A stretch of DNA of 58,684 nt, filler included, from Sphacelaria rigidula (GCA_964200075.2; 8 parts of 8 records of this genome joined end to end with filler, not necessarily neighbours in it), one strand, 5' to 3'; counted from the first letter of the whole stretch, positions 1 through 12,127 are shown. The notes: a model not told the origin generated them from the sequence alone. Program-made: numbers and translations.

Positions 1-14
1 TCCATGAGCACTCG

Positions 15-310
15 AAAGTGCTAGCGTCGATAGTTTTGGCAAAATAAGCAAACCGTGCTCTAATCACAATCGCTCGATACCGGGTAAAGACCCCGTTTAT
101 CACAGGAGGGTGTAATTGACCGTAAATGGTCCAAGGAACATAGTTTTCCTGCTTTAGCGCAGTGACTAGGTGGAATTAAAAAAAAAACATTTTCAAGTCT
201 TCACTTCATAATCTGGATCGAGTCGGTCCACCGAAAAGCTAGAGCCTGGGGTCGTATTTTCGTAGGATCCCCGAAGATCGGTCAAGCCCGTAAGTCACTC
301 ATGATTGATC
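15..310 (+). repeat. Dispersed repeat shared with ~37170-37490
   Basis: Collinear shared blocks tgctagcgtcg, caggagggtgt and ggtca(a)gcccgtaagtcactca in two unrelated contigs. Confidence 0.7.
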
Positions 311-1594
311 GCAGATGATTTTTCTTCCAATAGTCGGGTTTTTTTTTTCATATATTTTGTTTTGAAAAGTCCGCGAATACGTACGCGACGCTTCGTGATA
401 ATTTTCACCTTCATACGAGAATGCGTGCGGCGCTCACGCAGTAAAGATCCATGCTTCGCCGCGGAAGGGTTTAACTACGGACAAGTGACGTGTAGTGGCA
501 GCGTTCGAGAGACTGACCGACTTCGCCTCCAGTTTCTTATGTCGTGTCGGGACACGCGAACGGCGCGTCTCTGAGTTACTATTCGCTGACGTGCTAAAGT
601 TGCGGACAAGAGCTTCTCGAACGCGCCCACTTACAGTGCTCGGTTGGATGTAGTTCGCGCGCTCATGGTGCCGTGGTGCCTGTATTTCCTTTGTTCTCTA
701 CAAATAATGCACGGGTACCTCGCGGGGCAAAAGCGGTCGATATCTCAACGATCATGCGCAGCCCAGAAAATATGAGATAGAGTATCTGGAAACAGCTAGC
801 TATCTCCTCAGAGGTTTGTAGACTGGGGAGACATCGGTCACCTCGCGTGCGTGCCTCTGGCATTGAGTGAAAGAACAAAATCGATGATGTCTTCTGCGGA
901 TTCTCAATTTTGTTTTGGTCCGACAATCGGAGACTTCCCCTCGCTATACTAGCACAACGATAGCAACAGCTCGCGAGGAATCTGAGATGGGAAATGACGC
1001 GAGAGAATGGCCCGCTTGTACCCGGCTAGGGATGAATGCGAGAAATTGGGCTCAACACGGACACTGATGTACCGCTGTGTTTTCCTGTCGGTTTTATATT
1101 GTGTCCTTGGTTCGTGTTTTTGCGGTGGTCCCTGTGGCATGTTTGTGTCTGCTCTACTTACTGCACGGTGTTGCTTAGCTATGTTTCATCACTTCTGTAG
1201 TCTCCTTAGCCTCTGTTCTCTCGTTCTTCCCCCATCTCCCTCCATGTGTGTGCGCCCTTGATTCCCGGAGAGTGCAAGTGGAGGCGTGGTGCCCCGCTTC
1301 CGTAGGATTCACGGATGAGAGCTTCATACCCCAAATAATGAGATCGGAATAGATGAGCCGCGATTTGTTTCCACGTCTTTTTTTTTTCATGATTAGGTAC
1401 TGTATGAGTGTGTGCTTGTTTGCGCACGACATTTTTTCACCTCATCCATGTTGCGTTGGCCGGTCATTTTGCTTTTTTGTCTGTGTTTTGTTTTGTTTTG
1501 TCTTTTTGTTTTTTGCCTCCTTCGTCTACTCTATTTGTCTGTTCTCCCTTTCTATTTTCATTACTTTTATTCGGCGAGTTTATCCGATTTATTT

Positions 1595-1700
1595 TGATCT
1601 CGGGTACGTCTATCATCTGGATCATGACCATGACTGGATCATGACTACCTGGGGGGATCAATTAAAGTACGACAATTGCTCAATTTAGCACTCAATCTGG
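1595..1700 (+). repeat. Dispersed repeat end, possibly the 3' end of a non-LTR retroelement; reverse copy at ~42790-42885
   Basis: 'gtacg..atc.t.tggatcatgacc.tg.ctggat...ggggatcaa' is shared with the reverse complement of 42790-42885, where a degenerate TCAA/TCGA tail follows. Confidence 0.5.
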
Positions 1701-3017
1701 TGACGAAAAACATCGGAGCTCACGTCACCGAATGTGCTTTCTTGTTGAAAGCAGGGGACCTGTATAGCGCCAAGCATCCCTCGATTGATAATTGTATGTA
1801 CCGTAACTGATTTATAGGCACTGTAAACGCGCATGACCTTGCTGTCCACGGAGAGCTAGCTGCAACTTTGACATGACAGAAGTCACAGAACTGTCGGGTA
1901 CGGTAAATACCCGGCAAAATACTCCCGGTATACAGAAAACCGTACCCTACAGAACACAACCTTGCATATTTTTCTTGTGACCGCTCTGTGGAATAGGGGG
2001 GCAGTCGGACAGGCAAAGGCATGATCGACCGGTAACTACATACTTCCTCTGTGCCATGAGTTACGTATTTTACGCATACACGGGCCCTTAACCGAGTCCG
2101 ATTTTGTCGTCATGAGTGTTTTTATTTCCTCTGTCCGCGCATTCCCCTGCATGGGCCAACGGTCGAGAGAGAATCAAGCTAGAGTCCTACGGAAGAGAAT
2201 AGTACAGTACAGTACAGACATGTCGCAAATTTGCAGGAAGAGCCATGCTACGACAGGGGGGGGGGTGTTTGATTCCACGAAAAACAGGGCTCACAGGTAT
2301 GTGCCGAACCACCTGACACGCACGCGGTGCGCTTGTATTTGGGTAAAAATGGTGTCAATCAATATGAATGAGCGTTATGTTATCGGTGACAAGCGCGTTC
2401 GAGCAATAGTTGCTGCTTCCAAACACGATTTGAAGTGGAGTTCCGTGGAAGAAATGGCCCAAAGTGCCCCCTCGTCCCCCCGTCCCCTTGTCCCCCCGTC
2501 CCCCCCCTATCGTAGCATGACTCAGAATTCGCGCATCCACAGACCATGAGCCGCTACGCCTGCGTCAATGTTACAGCTGCCATAGCCACCGTAGTATCAT
2601 TCGTAATTGTTTTGCTATTAGGACACCTTGAAGTACGTTCATGCCGCCTCAAGATGAGCGCCCGATCTGGCGTGTAGCGGAACTCACTGCCGCACAGTCG
2701 AGATAGTACAGTACAAACGCAGCATGATTTGGTGGCGAAACGTGGTGAAATCTTCGAAGGGGAGTGGGGGGGGTAATCGTGGACAAGTCTGAGAATTTTC
2801 TCACTGGGCAGCATCATTTGATGACAGAACCGCTCTCCACTGGTCTTGGCGCCTCGCCAATTGTTGTGCCGCTCGACCGAATAGTCGCATGAACCTCGGT
2901 ATCCGCCGAAGGGAAAATACGTTAAATTGAAAGGATTGTCGCCACAGCCGAAATCGCTCGCTCGGCTGCTACCACCACACGGCGATCTCTGAGCGATGTT
3001 AATATCCCACTCTGCAG

Positions 3018-3140
3018 GCCCGAACGTTCGAAGGCAAGTTGCTGAATCAAGATCACATGACCGCGGAGCTGTACATGTACAAGAACAAGGAGGGTGGTCT
3101 GGTCATCTTCTACAGCAACGATGAACGGGAGGCTTGCATG
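3018..3140 (+). CDS. CEP41: CEP41-like rhodanese-domain protein, internal exon
   Basis: Acceptor ctgcag| and donor |gtgagc flank 123 nt in phase 0, encoding ARTFEGKLLNQDHMTAELYMYKNKEGGLVIFYSNDEREACM. This resembles the CEP41 segment 'YKNAHGKIIILYDDDERLA'. Confidence 0.8.
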
Positions 3141-3277
3141 GTGAGCGGGTTTCCAGAGAGGGATGTGTCGGGGGACAATTGTTGTCCTTGAGATCATCAG
3201 CGCATTGCCGCTGGAATGCGTTGTTGACATTTTCACTCCGCACGTATGTAAGAAAGAGCATGTGTTTCACATATTTT

Positions 3278-3304
3278 GTGTGTGTGTATGTGTGTGTGTG
3301 TGTG
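3278..3304. repeat. (TG)n microsatellite in the CEP41-like intron
   Basis: Direct observation. Confidence 0.9.
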
Positions 3305-3427
3305 CCTTCCCGCGTGTAAACAACGTATTCGTGTGCTATTCTCACGTTTTAGCGTTTAACGCTTCACTCGCCAGACTTGACATTTTTTTGCTTCGCGTGT
3401 GAATTTATTTTGCCGTGCGAACACCAG

Positions 3428-4579
3428 GCCGCCACAACCCTCATCCACAGAGGATTCGATAACGTCTTCGTGCTGACAAACGGCATCGTTGGTTTCGCGA
3501 GAGGCTTCCCGTCCTTCGTTGACGGGGATGCAGACGCCCTTCTCCTGGATACTGAAGAAAAAGCGCCGACCTCAACAAAATCGCTTCGGCGATCGGGGCT
3601 GCGCCACCTCACCGGTAGCGTCACCAGTGTCGGCGGCGGCAGCAGCGGTTTCGGCGGAGCTAGCAACAATGGGTTGGCCAGCGCGCGCGATACGAGTACC
3701 GGGAGCGTTACGAGCGGCGTCTACGGAAAGGGGAAGAGGGGTTGCGGCACAGCGGGCTCCAGTAAAGCTCCCAGCGTGAACGGCTCCATAGGCGCGACAA
3801 CTACTAGTAGCACAGGAAGAAATCAGAGCCATGGCACCGGTGGTGTGGGGGTCAGAGATAGCGGATGTCGCGGCGGCGGGGGGAGCCGGGGGGGGCGAGG
3901 ATTGAGGAACAGAGTTAATGACACACCGGACGGTCGCGGTGTCGGCGGGTTCTGCGGGAACGACGGTATACACGGTCTCAACAGCGGAAGCACAGCGTGT
4001 TCGATTGGAGGCAACCATGACGACAACAGCGGCAGCCAACAGCAACGACAACGACAACATCTACAACATCTCAGCAAACAGCAATGTGGGGTGTTTTCGT
4101 CGCCCGCCGGACGAACTCCAGTAGCCGAACGGCCGAGCCCGCTGCCACCGAGCACCAATGGCAGCCACAGCAAAAACACCGCCAACAACGCCAGCAGCGG
4201 TACAATCCTGGCCGAATCACAGTCTCGGGAAGTACCACCATCGTTCATGCACCAAGGAACTTACTTGGACCGTAGCAGAAGCCCCGGATGTGACGTTCAT
4301 CAACACCCGGAAGAGGTAGAGAGTAAGTGCGGCGGCCGGGATAGCGCCGGGGGCGTTGCCGCGGCCGGATATGCGGACGCGCCATCGGCAGTCAGGGCGA
4401 CACTAGCGGGGCCAAGCGGTCAGGGGTTGGTAGAAGCCGCCGCTGCCGCGTCCGCAGCTCGTAGGCGTAGGTTGGACGATGGCGACGGTGGGGCGGAGAG
4501 AGATATGTCGCGGGGAAGCGCGGCATCTGTGGCTGAGTCTATCATTTCGAGGGCCACGGCTCGGCGTGGTAGGTGGTGA
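3428..4579 (+). CDS. CEP41: CEP41-like protein, terminal exon with long Gly/Ser-rich disordered tail
   Basis: Acceptor caccag| is in frame with the previous exon. AATTLIHRGFDNVFVLTNGIVGFARGFP resembles CEP41 '[20 protein letters not shown]...FP'. TGA at 4577-4579. Confidence 0.8.
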   Translation, partial: AATTLIHRGFDNVFVLTNGIVGFARGFPSFVDGDADALLLDTEEKAPTSTKSLRRSGLRHLTGSVTSVGGGSSGFGGASNNGLASARDTSTGSVTSGVYGKGKRGCGTAGSSKAPSVNGSIGATTTSSTGRNQSHGTGGVGVRDSGCRGGGGSRGGRGLRNRVNDTPDGRGVGGFCGNDGIHGLNSGSTACSIGGNHDDNSGSQQQRQRQHLQHLSKQQCGVFSSPAGRTPVAERPSPLPPSTNGSHSKNTANNASSGTILAESQSREVPPSFMHQGTYLDRSRSPGCDVHQHPEEVESKCGGRDSAGGVAAAGYADAPSAVRATLAGPSGQGLVEAAAAASAARRRRLDDGDGGAERDMSRGSAASVAESIISRATARRGRW

Positions 4580-6676
4580 AAGATGACGTGGCGGTGGTGC
4601 TTCATTTTTGTGTGTCCTTTACGGTGTAGCTAGGGGACTGGTGTGAGGAATCAACCGCGATGATGTGCACCTCTAGGCCGTTCCCGGTCGTGGGAAACAA
4701 CGTCCTGGTTGTATTGGGCAGAGATGCCCTCGCCCAGTGCGTTCGCTCACGGGATGAGCAAGCACGGATCAGAGGCCTGTGACTAGCAAAACAAGAGGTA
4801 CCGTCTCGACGTTTTCTCCGCCCTCAACTCTCGAGGCAAGAGGGTGTACGTGTTTTTAATGGGGGTAAGGATGAACATTTCAACTCTGTTCACTTCCATA
4901 GGCTGAGCGACTGCGAGCTGACCAATGCTCAGTCCTGCCACGTAGATACTACCGAGTACATTTCTACTCTTTTGTTGTTTTCGTTTTTTTTGCGCGGGGA
5001 GAGCCATCCCACGATGAGGAAGAGAGCGTGATTCGCCTGGAAACATCGGTGTTCACGAGTACGATGCACACCACATACTTCTGCATGTGCATTATGGCGA
5101 CTTGAAGCGTCGAGATTCCAAAAGCCGGTGAATCTTGGCATCAAAGTCATTTCAACGTAGTTTTCATCGCCCTAAGCAGCTTCACAGAACGTGTTTTTCC
5201 GGCAATAATTGCTCGAACTGTCTATCCCCTCCTGCCCTATCATGGGATAGCTCGGCTGAAATAGCGACTTAGGAGCATGATCCGGGCATTGGGGGCGGGG
5301 AGGGGGGTGAAACCATGACCAAGGATGCTGTAGTCGTGAGACCATTGATCTCGATTGGGGGCGGGGAGAGGGGGGGTGGGGGGGGTACGGCGACGGACGA
5401 GTGGGGGCGGGCTAGGTATTTATGTGGTACATGCTGCCTTCGTTTTTGTGTGCTCGTATCGTTTCTGTTTGGATAGTCAAAAGTTCGAGCCACGTTCACA
5501 TGAAGGCAGCACGTGCACGCGGGATGCCAGGTTGAATTTTATTGTCTTTGTTGTTCTTATGAAATCACAATATTTCGGGGATTGTCACGGGACGAAAATC
5601 TCACGGGATAACGGAACGGGGCGGGATATTACCCTTCCCATCCGTCTGTTTTCAGAAACGTCTGTGCCGTCTCTTCCCACCCAATTGCCAAGCTTTCCGC
5701 TGCATCCGTTTATTCTGGGGACAACGGGATTTCCCGTCCTTCCCGTCTTTTTTTTCAGGGGGTCCCTTTTGTCCGGTCCGAACAGATCTGTCAAGCACCC
5801 CACCCCGTCCCGAATCTTACGGCACAGATACGACTGTTTCCTGCCTTACTTCACGGGACGCCCAGTATGTTTCAAAAGCATACTGTGCTACGCTCTACGC
5901 TAGCTTGTGTACTTTCAGCCGCATGTATGCCTAGCATTGAAGGTACCTTGTGAATGTCAACACTCCGCTGCTACAGATTTCGTATAGGCCGCGAGGCGCA
6001 CAATACAGGCGGTCGGCTGTGACTTACAAACTCTCACGTCCGCGCGAATACACGCCCAAGACTTGACAGCTTTTGTCGAACCATGAAGGCTAGCCAGGCG
6101 GGTTTGAACAGTTAGTGCCATGTGTTCTTCAGAATGGATTCGCTACCGCCGGTCTCTCCTATCTAGATACTCCGCCTACTAGTGTAACGCAGGCCGCAGG
6201 TTACGGGCGATGCATCAATGTCGGCACGGCGCACGAGGCATGGCTTGGAGGACAAGCCCGGCCACAAGCCGCTCAGACGTGGAAATAGCAGAATATCTTC
6301 TGTACAACCAGCACAGCACTGGGCGCCTGCAAGTGCTTGAGCCCCAAATCATCCCTACCCCCCCTCCAACATGCACAATGACCTGCAGAGGTCGGGATCT
6401 TCATATCCAATCGCGTGATGCAGAAACACTACAGCTGCTATACTGTACCGAGATGTACAGTGAGCGAACATATCAGGAGCTGTCCGGTGCTTCTTCACTT
6501 GGACAATCTCGGGCAGAAGGCATGGCCGAACCGACACTACCATGGGCCTGCGCCAACACATGGAGGAACACACCCTGTGCTCGGTACGCCCACACCGCAT
6601 GCCCGTCTGACGTAAAGTAGTGGTACCAGCAGTACTGACTTACACACGCGCAGTATCCCCTGTTCTGCACTTCTGT

Positions 6677-6719
6677 TGTACTGTACTGTACTGTACTGTA
6701 CTGTACTGTACTGTACTGT
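6677..6719. repeat. (CTGTA)n pentanucleotide microsatellite, about 8 units
   Basis: Direct observation. Confidence 0.95.
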
Positions 6720-7249
6720 TCTGGCCTAGATAATTCGTGATTTCCAATTAATCAGCTATAACACACCTTCCTCTAGGTCTGTTTTCGGTTTCCGAAGTGA
6801 TCGCTATCAGCTGTGAAACCAAACACACCATTGTTTCTCGAAATCGTTTTAGAAAAATGATCACTGAATTTTCAAGTTCAAATGATGTGAAGATTGAACC
6901 ATCTGTGTTCGCCGGTAACCGAGAGAACACGAAGAAACTTCTCTCAGCGAGGACTGGTAGAGGTCAATGTCCCCATTAAGGTACGGTTGAGGCACCTGAC
7001 GGGAAAAGCTCTGTCTCGTAGGCATCATGGCACGCGGAACAAGGCCCAGGGTATACGGAGAGAAACTATGCAATCCTCCATCACCCAAGCGTTTCAAACT
7101 TGAAAAATAATCAGACCAATTTGCAGGAGTAACAACACAGTATGACTTTTAACGTGAAAAATGCAGCCAAATACCCCCTGTTCCATTTAAGGTACACATA
7201 TGTAACAGTTAACAGCCGATTTTAAATTTGGGGGTTCATACAAAGTATG

Positions 7250-7349
7250 NNNNNNNNNNNNNNNNNNNNNNNNNNNNNNNNNNNNNNNNNNNNTTAATTA
7301 ATTAANNNNNNNNNNNNNNNNNNNNNNNNNNNNNNNNNNNNNNNNNNNN
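7250..7349. other. Artificial contig-joining spacer (N44-TTAATTAATTAA-N44), first of seven
   Basis: Identical 100-nt spacers at 7250-7349, 14599-14698, 21947-22046, 29295-29394, 36643-36742, 43991-44090 and 51338-51437. TTAATTAATTAA gives stop codons in all six frames. Confidence 0.98.
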
Positions 7350-8163
7350 AAACTCGGGAACGCTGTACTGAGGGCAAGTACTATAATAAATCCAAGTTCC
7401 GACCGGCCTGCACTTGGAAACCTGGGAAGGCTCATCTGGACCAGGGGTAGGGTCCCCACACGATCTTTGCAGTGGCATCACACTCGCCAACAATCCCCGC
7501 GCTGGTCGTTCGGGTCTGGTCGATAAAGTTCGCCTCGCCGTGATTGGGCAGGTTGCCCGAAGACTTATTTTTAATTATTTCCCTGACACAGGGTCAACCC
7601 TGTGTTAGTGGGGGGTCGGTCTCAAACGGGTGAATTGCATTCAGTATACTCGTAGCGCTCCCGGGATTTCCCGAATGTTCCTTTGGGTCGCCAGCCTATA
7701 CCAAAACGTAGTAATTGCATCAAACAGGGTGGAGGGGGGGAAACCGGAAAGATTGTACATGCAACAATGTGGTCTTTTTCACGAGGCACTAAACCCAGCT
7801 GGGCCGTGGAAGAACAGAAGGAGCTATCGCCATGAATTCCGCGTATCCCTCTGCCGACACGACTGTGCAGTGACAGGTGCAGCACATGAGAGAGCCGTCT
7901 GCGTGTGCTGTAGTACAATGAAACATGACATGTCCCATTTTACTTATTGTGCCATTTTTTCTGCAGGTCCTCACGTGTTAAAATATTTCTCCCGATTCTG
8001 AGCGCTTGGCCGGACTTGAGCAATTATTTGGGTCCGTGCAGAATCCTGGGGGTCTAAACCTTGACGATTTTGTTTCATAATATTAGTTTTTGTGACCACT
8101 CGTTCAAAAACTTGCGAAATAAAATCTGAACGGCTCCCATTAGAGGCCGACGGCCAACTCCAA

Positions 8164-8640
8164 GGCCGCTCCTTATAATAGGCAGAAATAAAAATTTTAA
8201 AAAGTGCCTTTTTGGAGCTCTCACGTCGTTTTACGCCCCAATAGAGAGCTAGGCAGAGTTTGACACCTTGGAATGACTTGCTGTACTAGTTGAGGCGGTT
8301 CGAGGACATGTTCCCCGTTTTCCGGTGGCCGCAGTTTTCGTTTCAGCCAAACAAGATTTTTTGACCAAGAACGGCGGAAAAACAGTCATGTCCAGAGAAA
8401 AGTAGCGATTCTCTCTAAATTTGACTGTTTTTCACCGTTCTTGGACAAAAATTATTGTCTGGCCAAAATATAAACTGCGGCCACCGGGAAACAAGATGTC
8501 CTCGAACCGCCTCAATTAATAGAGCAAGTCATTACAAGGTGTTGAAGTCTGTCTAGATGTCGTTTGGGGGGTAAAACGATATAAGAGCTCGAAGAAATCA
8601 CTTTCCAGATTTTTATTTTTGTCTATTTTAAGGAGCGGCC
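8164..8640. mobile_element. Foldback/MITE element (family A), 477 bp, nested in the left tip of family B
   Basis: Terminal GGCCGCTCCTTA...TAAGGAGCGGCC with ~220-bp imperfect inverted arms. Flanks are CAA/TGA, possibly a decayed 3-bp TSD. Confidence 0.8.
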
Positions 8641-8927
8641 TGATGTAAGCCGTTCAACATTCCTGTCGAAAACTGCCCTTTGGGCCATTCTCCGTCGATT
8701 TACGCCCGAAATAAGAGCTAGGCGGGTGTTGACGCCTTGGATTGATTTGCTCTTCTCGTTGAGGCCGCTCTAGGGCAACTTTGCATTTCCCGCTGGCCGC
8801 ACTTGTGTTTGGCCAGGAATGAATGTGCGGCCAGCGGGAAATGCAAAGCTGCCCTGGAACGGCCTCAATGCGTAGAGTAAGTCACTCCAAGACGTCAACA
8901 TCCGCCTAGCCCTTATTTCAGGCTTAA

Positions 8928-9025
8928 CCCTTAGACCGCGAGGTTAGTCTTCTGTTGAATCGGCATCAATTTCAAGTGAAGAAACGTATCCATGATCCAG
9001 AACGACTAATATCGCGGTCTAAGGG
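8928..9025. mobile_element. 98-bp TTAA-specific (piggyBac-type) MITE
   Basis: TTAA|CCCTTAGACCGCG...CGCGGTCTAAGGG|TTAA, with a perfect 13-bp TIR and a TTAA TSD. The opposite arm of the host palindrome shows the empty site. Confidence 0.9.
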
Positions 9026-10179
9026 TTAAAACGACGGAGAAGGGCAAAAGAGGCAGTTTTGAACAGGAATTTTGAACGCCTCCCATTAGAGTCGAGTCGA
9101 CCTTGGCACGTTCTTTTTCGATAAAAAAGGTGCGATCGATTTTTTTCTTCCATCTAATACGTCCATCGCATTTACGTTCTATGAAGGCTTTAACCTAAAA
9201 TTATAATCAGTGGCGCGCGGGAAAAAGTGACGAACATGTAAGCTAAGCTTGTTCGATCGAAAAAATGCGGTCGAAATGCCCGAAGCGGTACTTGACTCTT
9301 ATCTTCCGGACCACCACGCAAGATACCATCAGTTCACAGAACTGTGCAAACTCCACACAACTCGTTCTCAGCCACCACCGCAACCCTGCAGTATTGAGCA
9401 CGAGTGAGCCCGCGGTCAGCACGGTAAGCCGGAAAATGACCTGGTTTGTAGGTTTAGGGTGTACGCGTTCAAAGCACTAGGACAAGGCCACTGCTAAAGG
9501 GTCGGCGTGGACGGTGTACAAGAGTACGTAGCGTGTAAACAGGAAGGGCGTCGCCTGAACGCGCGTCTTTCCCGTGAAAAGGGTGGACTGTAAATCAAGT
9601 GTACCCGCGCTGAGCAATCCCAGGAAAAATCGGGAAAATAGATGGGCTATCTCCAGTCGGTATGGTGTCTTCGAACAACCTTTTCACGTTTTGGGCCCGA
9701 TTAGCATGTCTAGCAGTCACGCACAAGCGTGTGTAGCGACATTTGCCGAGGTATGTAAATTTCGCATGCTCTTCCAGTATTTAAACGAACTTTGAGCGCC
9801 CACGTCCAATGGCAAAGCTATCATCAATCACGCCGATCGTCAATCGGGTGGGGCCCACAACAATGAAGAACACGGCGCATTGGGGCGGATGTATATCAAC
9901 ACTACAGTGCGTGGAATGCAATGGACAATACATTTCCCTCGGAAAAAATGAGACATTTAGATGTGTTTCCAGAATATGTAGTTTTGCTCTCCCCCAGATC
10001 GCATTACAGGTGTATTTTTCATTTTTCATGTTTTCCCCACTGTTTGTTTTGGCCATAACTCCCGAACGGCAACGATCTAAAAGCTGAAGCAGTTTTTATT
10101 GACACCATAGTGTCAGCTACCCGTCCAGCACTATTCAACACAAACGGACAAGAGCTGGGCTATCTTGATTTGTGTATCA

Positions 10180-11549
10180 ACCCGCGAACGTTTCTGTCGT
10201 ACTCTTCGTGCTGCCTGAAGTTGTTTACTATCAGTAACTCGTCTGCCGAGCCGACGGTCATCCCCCGCACCCTTGACTTTGGATATGCAAAGTTTCAGGT
10301 GATCAATGTTTAAATATTGCCGCGCCACGGTGGTGTAATGGTCCGACTGTCGCCGTTAGGAAGGAGAGGACGGGGGTTCGATCCCCGATGCGTTGGGTTT
10401 TTCTTTGTAATGTATGATTTCCACCGTGGAAAGCGTGAGAACGTGAGTAAACAAAAGTAGTCGACTGGGTTTGTGAGACGAGAGTCGACGCGGTGCGGGA
10501 GTGCTGATCCAATCCGCGAGATCAAAATGAAACACCGGGGGAGCAACGGGGCGATCCTTTGAGACCACGGACTCATCCCGAGGAAGGGGAGGGGTTCAAA
10601 GTGTGAGAAAACAAAACAAAAAGGCAGGCAACTCGAAAGGTTGTGTCACCAGCTTCACCACCCCGCAGGATTGAGCATTCCGGAATTGTTTTACTCTGTG
10701 TGGGGCCCGCGCCGTCTTGCTGCACTACCACTCGCTTCGAACGTGGACATATCTTCAGCTTGACTGCAGGGAGAAGTTCGTCGAGATACCACACCACGTC
10801 TTGTAGCAGTCAGCGCCAGTGGTGCAATCGAACTTGTATTCTTCTCCCTTCTCCCTTCTCTTCGACGATTCCTCGGTCATTTTCAGGACGCAGACGCGCT
10901 AGATAAAATACATACCGATCTGTCCGTCGAAGTCGTGGCTCGGGTCCGCCTGTGCGTTTGCCGCAATCACCATAATGTTCGGGAGGTGACTCTTGTGCTG
11001 TACGTTGCAAGGGAACGGGGGATAGCTTCACTCGGGGAGATACGAACCTTCTTCTAGATCCTCATCAATTTTCGTCCAGATTGATGACGTTTCCTTGGTC
11101 AAGGAAGTTGCCGGTTGTTTCGTTTATCAATACCCGATTGCAGACAAAATCGACCCCATGCTTCTTCTGGGCCTCAGATAGAGACATACGGCTTGATGCG
11201 GTGAGCCACCTTTTCCCGCCCCCTCTTTCTTGAGCCTCATGGTCTCTGAGCCGTGTTCCTGCCCATTCTCTTTCAACTGGACGGATACTTGCCTGGGCGT
11301 AAATGGCCGATTCTCCTTGATCGTGCGCAGCGCCGCGACCTTTGGCGGAGAAAGAAACGACGGCCACCCACTTGGATGTTCATTTATGAGGTCGAGCTCT
11401 TCTGTGTCATTTGTCTGGACTTTGCAGTTTTTGCATAGCGTTGTCGGGTACTCGGGACTTACACTGTCGCGCCCGTTGAGCGGATCTACAATGCACTTTG
11501 GCAGCCTTGAGTTGCCTGGCGAAATAGCCCGCTCTCTCTCCACCGCCAT
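10180..11549 (-). pseudogene. Tc1/mariner transposase pseudogene (resembles the plant/stramenopile DD39D-type group)
   Basis: Frameshifted motifs occur in the expected order: GWPSFLSPPKVAALRTIKENRPFTPRQVS, NVINLDEN, KSHLPNIMVIAANAQADPSHDFDGQIGM, DELLPAVKLKICPRSKRVVVQQDGAGP, then beyond the SINE LNIDHL..PKSRV..SADELL..RQHEEYD. Confidence 0.85.
10323..10623 (+). mobile_element. tRNA-derived SINE inserted antisense into the mariner transposase
   Basis: Pol III box A TGGTGTAATGG (10331-10341), box B GGTTCGATCCC (~10375-10385) and an A-rich 3' tail. The body is shared with ~39672-39902. Confidence 0.75.
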
Positions 11550-11804
11550 GGTCTAGTGGCGGCTCAATGATACTTCGGCGCCCCATTTACGATTAGTAAG
11601 AGTCCATTGTGGTTGTGATGGGCGGTGGGCGGTGGGCGATTCAACGTCTGAAATTTATGAAAATAAAACCGGACAAATCTAGAAAAATCTCAATAGCTTT
11701 GGACCCTGATATACATTTTTCTTCTATGAGTATCAACATAACCTGATTTTTTCGATGAGCCTAACTAGAGCATCGTGAGCACTTCCGTTGAGGAGATATG
11801 ATCT

Positions 11805-11844
11805 GCACCCCATGGCCGACTTTTTATATGGGACAGGGGAAGTA
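11805..11844 (-). mobile_element. Probable mariner terminal repeat plus TA target dinucleotide
   Basis: Minus strand reads TA-CTTCCCCTGTCCCATATAAAAAAGTCGGCC about 290 bp upstream of the transposase start, similar to mariner/Stowaway ends. The partner TIR was not found. Confidence 0.5.
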
Positions 11845-12127
11845 CATATTCCGTTTCTATGCTTTCGTAGTCTTGGTACTGTCAGGGCAGTGGTTGCACA
11901 TCGCGAGCATGTTTCGACTGTGCGTGCATGTCACACGTCGTGACCGTTTGATACTGCAGTATATTTGCTGTTTTCACTGGCTGTACTGCCGCTGCTGGTG
12001 CTATACCGTATCTATCATGTAAGGTTTTCTCATCAGCGGTTAAATACAGCGGTACAAAACAAGCATCGTGTCTTCGGTCCACGCTTTGTTTTCTCTGCTT
12101 GGTGTTGCAGATCACTACAATATGCAC

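Larger units (their letters stand above)
8152..9097. mobile_element. Foldback/MITE element (family B) containing two nested insertions
   Basis: Ends GGCCAACTC..TGATG and CTCCCATTAGAGTCG. Arms ~8645-8805 and ~8825-9085 are inverted repeats. An uninterrupted relative lies at 19972-20450. Confidence 0.8.

Noticed and set aside
3572-4248. Long antisense ORFs opposite the CEP41-like exon
   Set aside because: Expected shadow ORFs of GC-rich low-complexity coding sequence.
7294-7305. Palindromic TTAATTAATTAA recurring every ~7348 bp as a biological periodic element
   Set aside because: Always centred in N44 flanks, so it is a synthetic all-frame stop linker.
10323-10397. Functional tRNA gene
   Set aside because: Acceptor and anticodon stems do not pair properly, and the sequence runs on into a dispersed repeat body, so it is treated as a SINE head.
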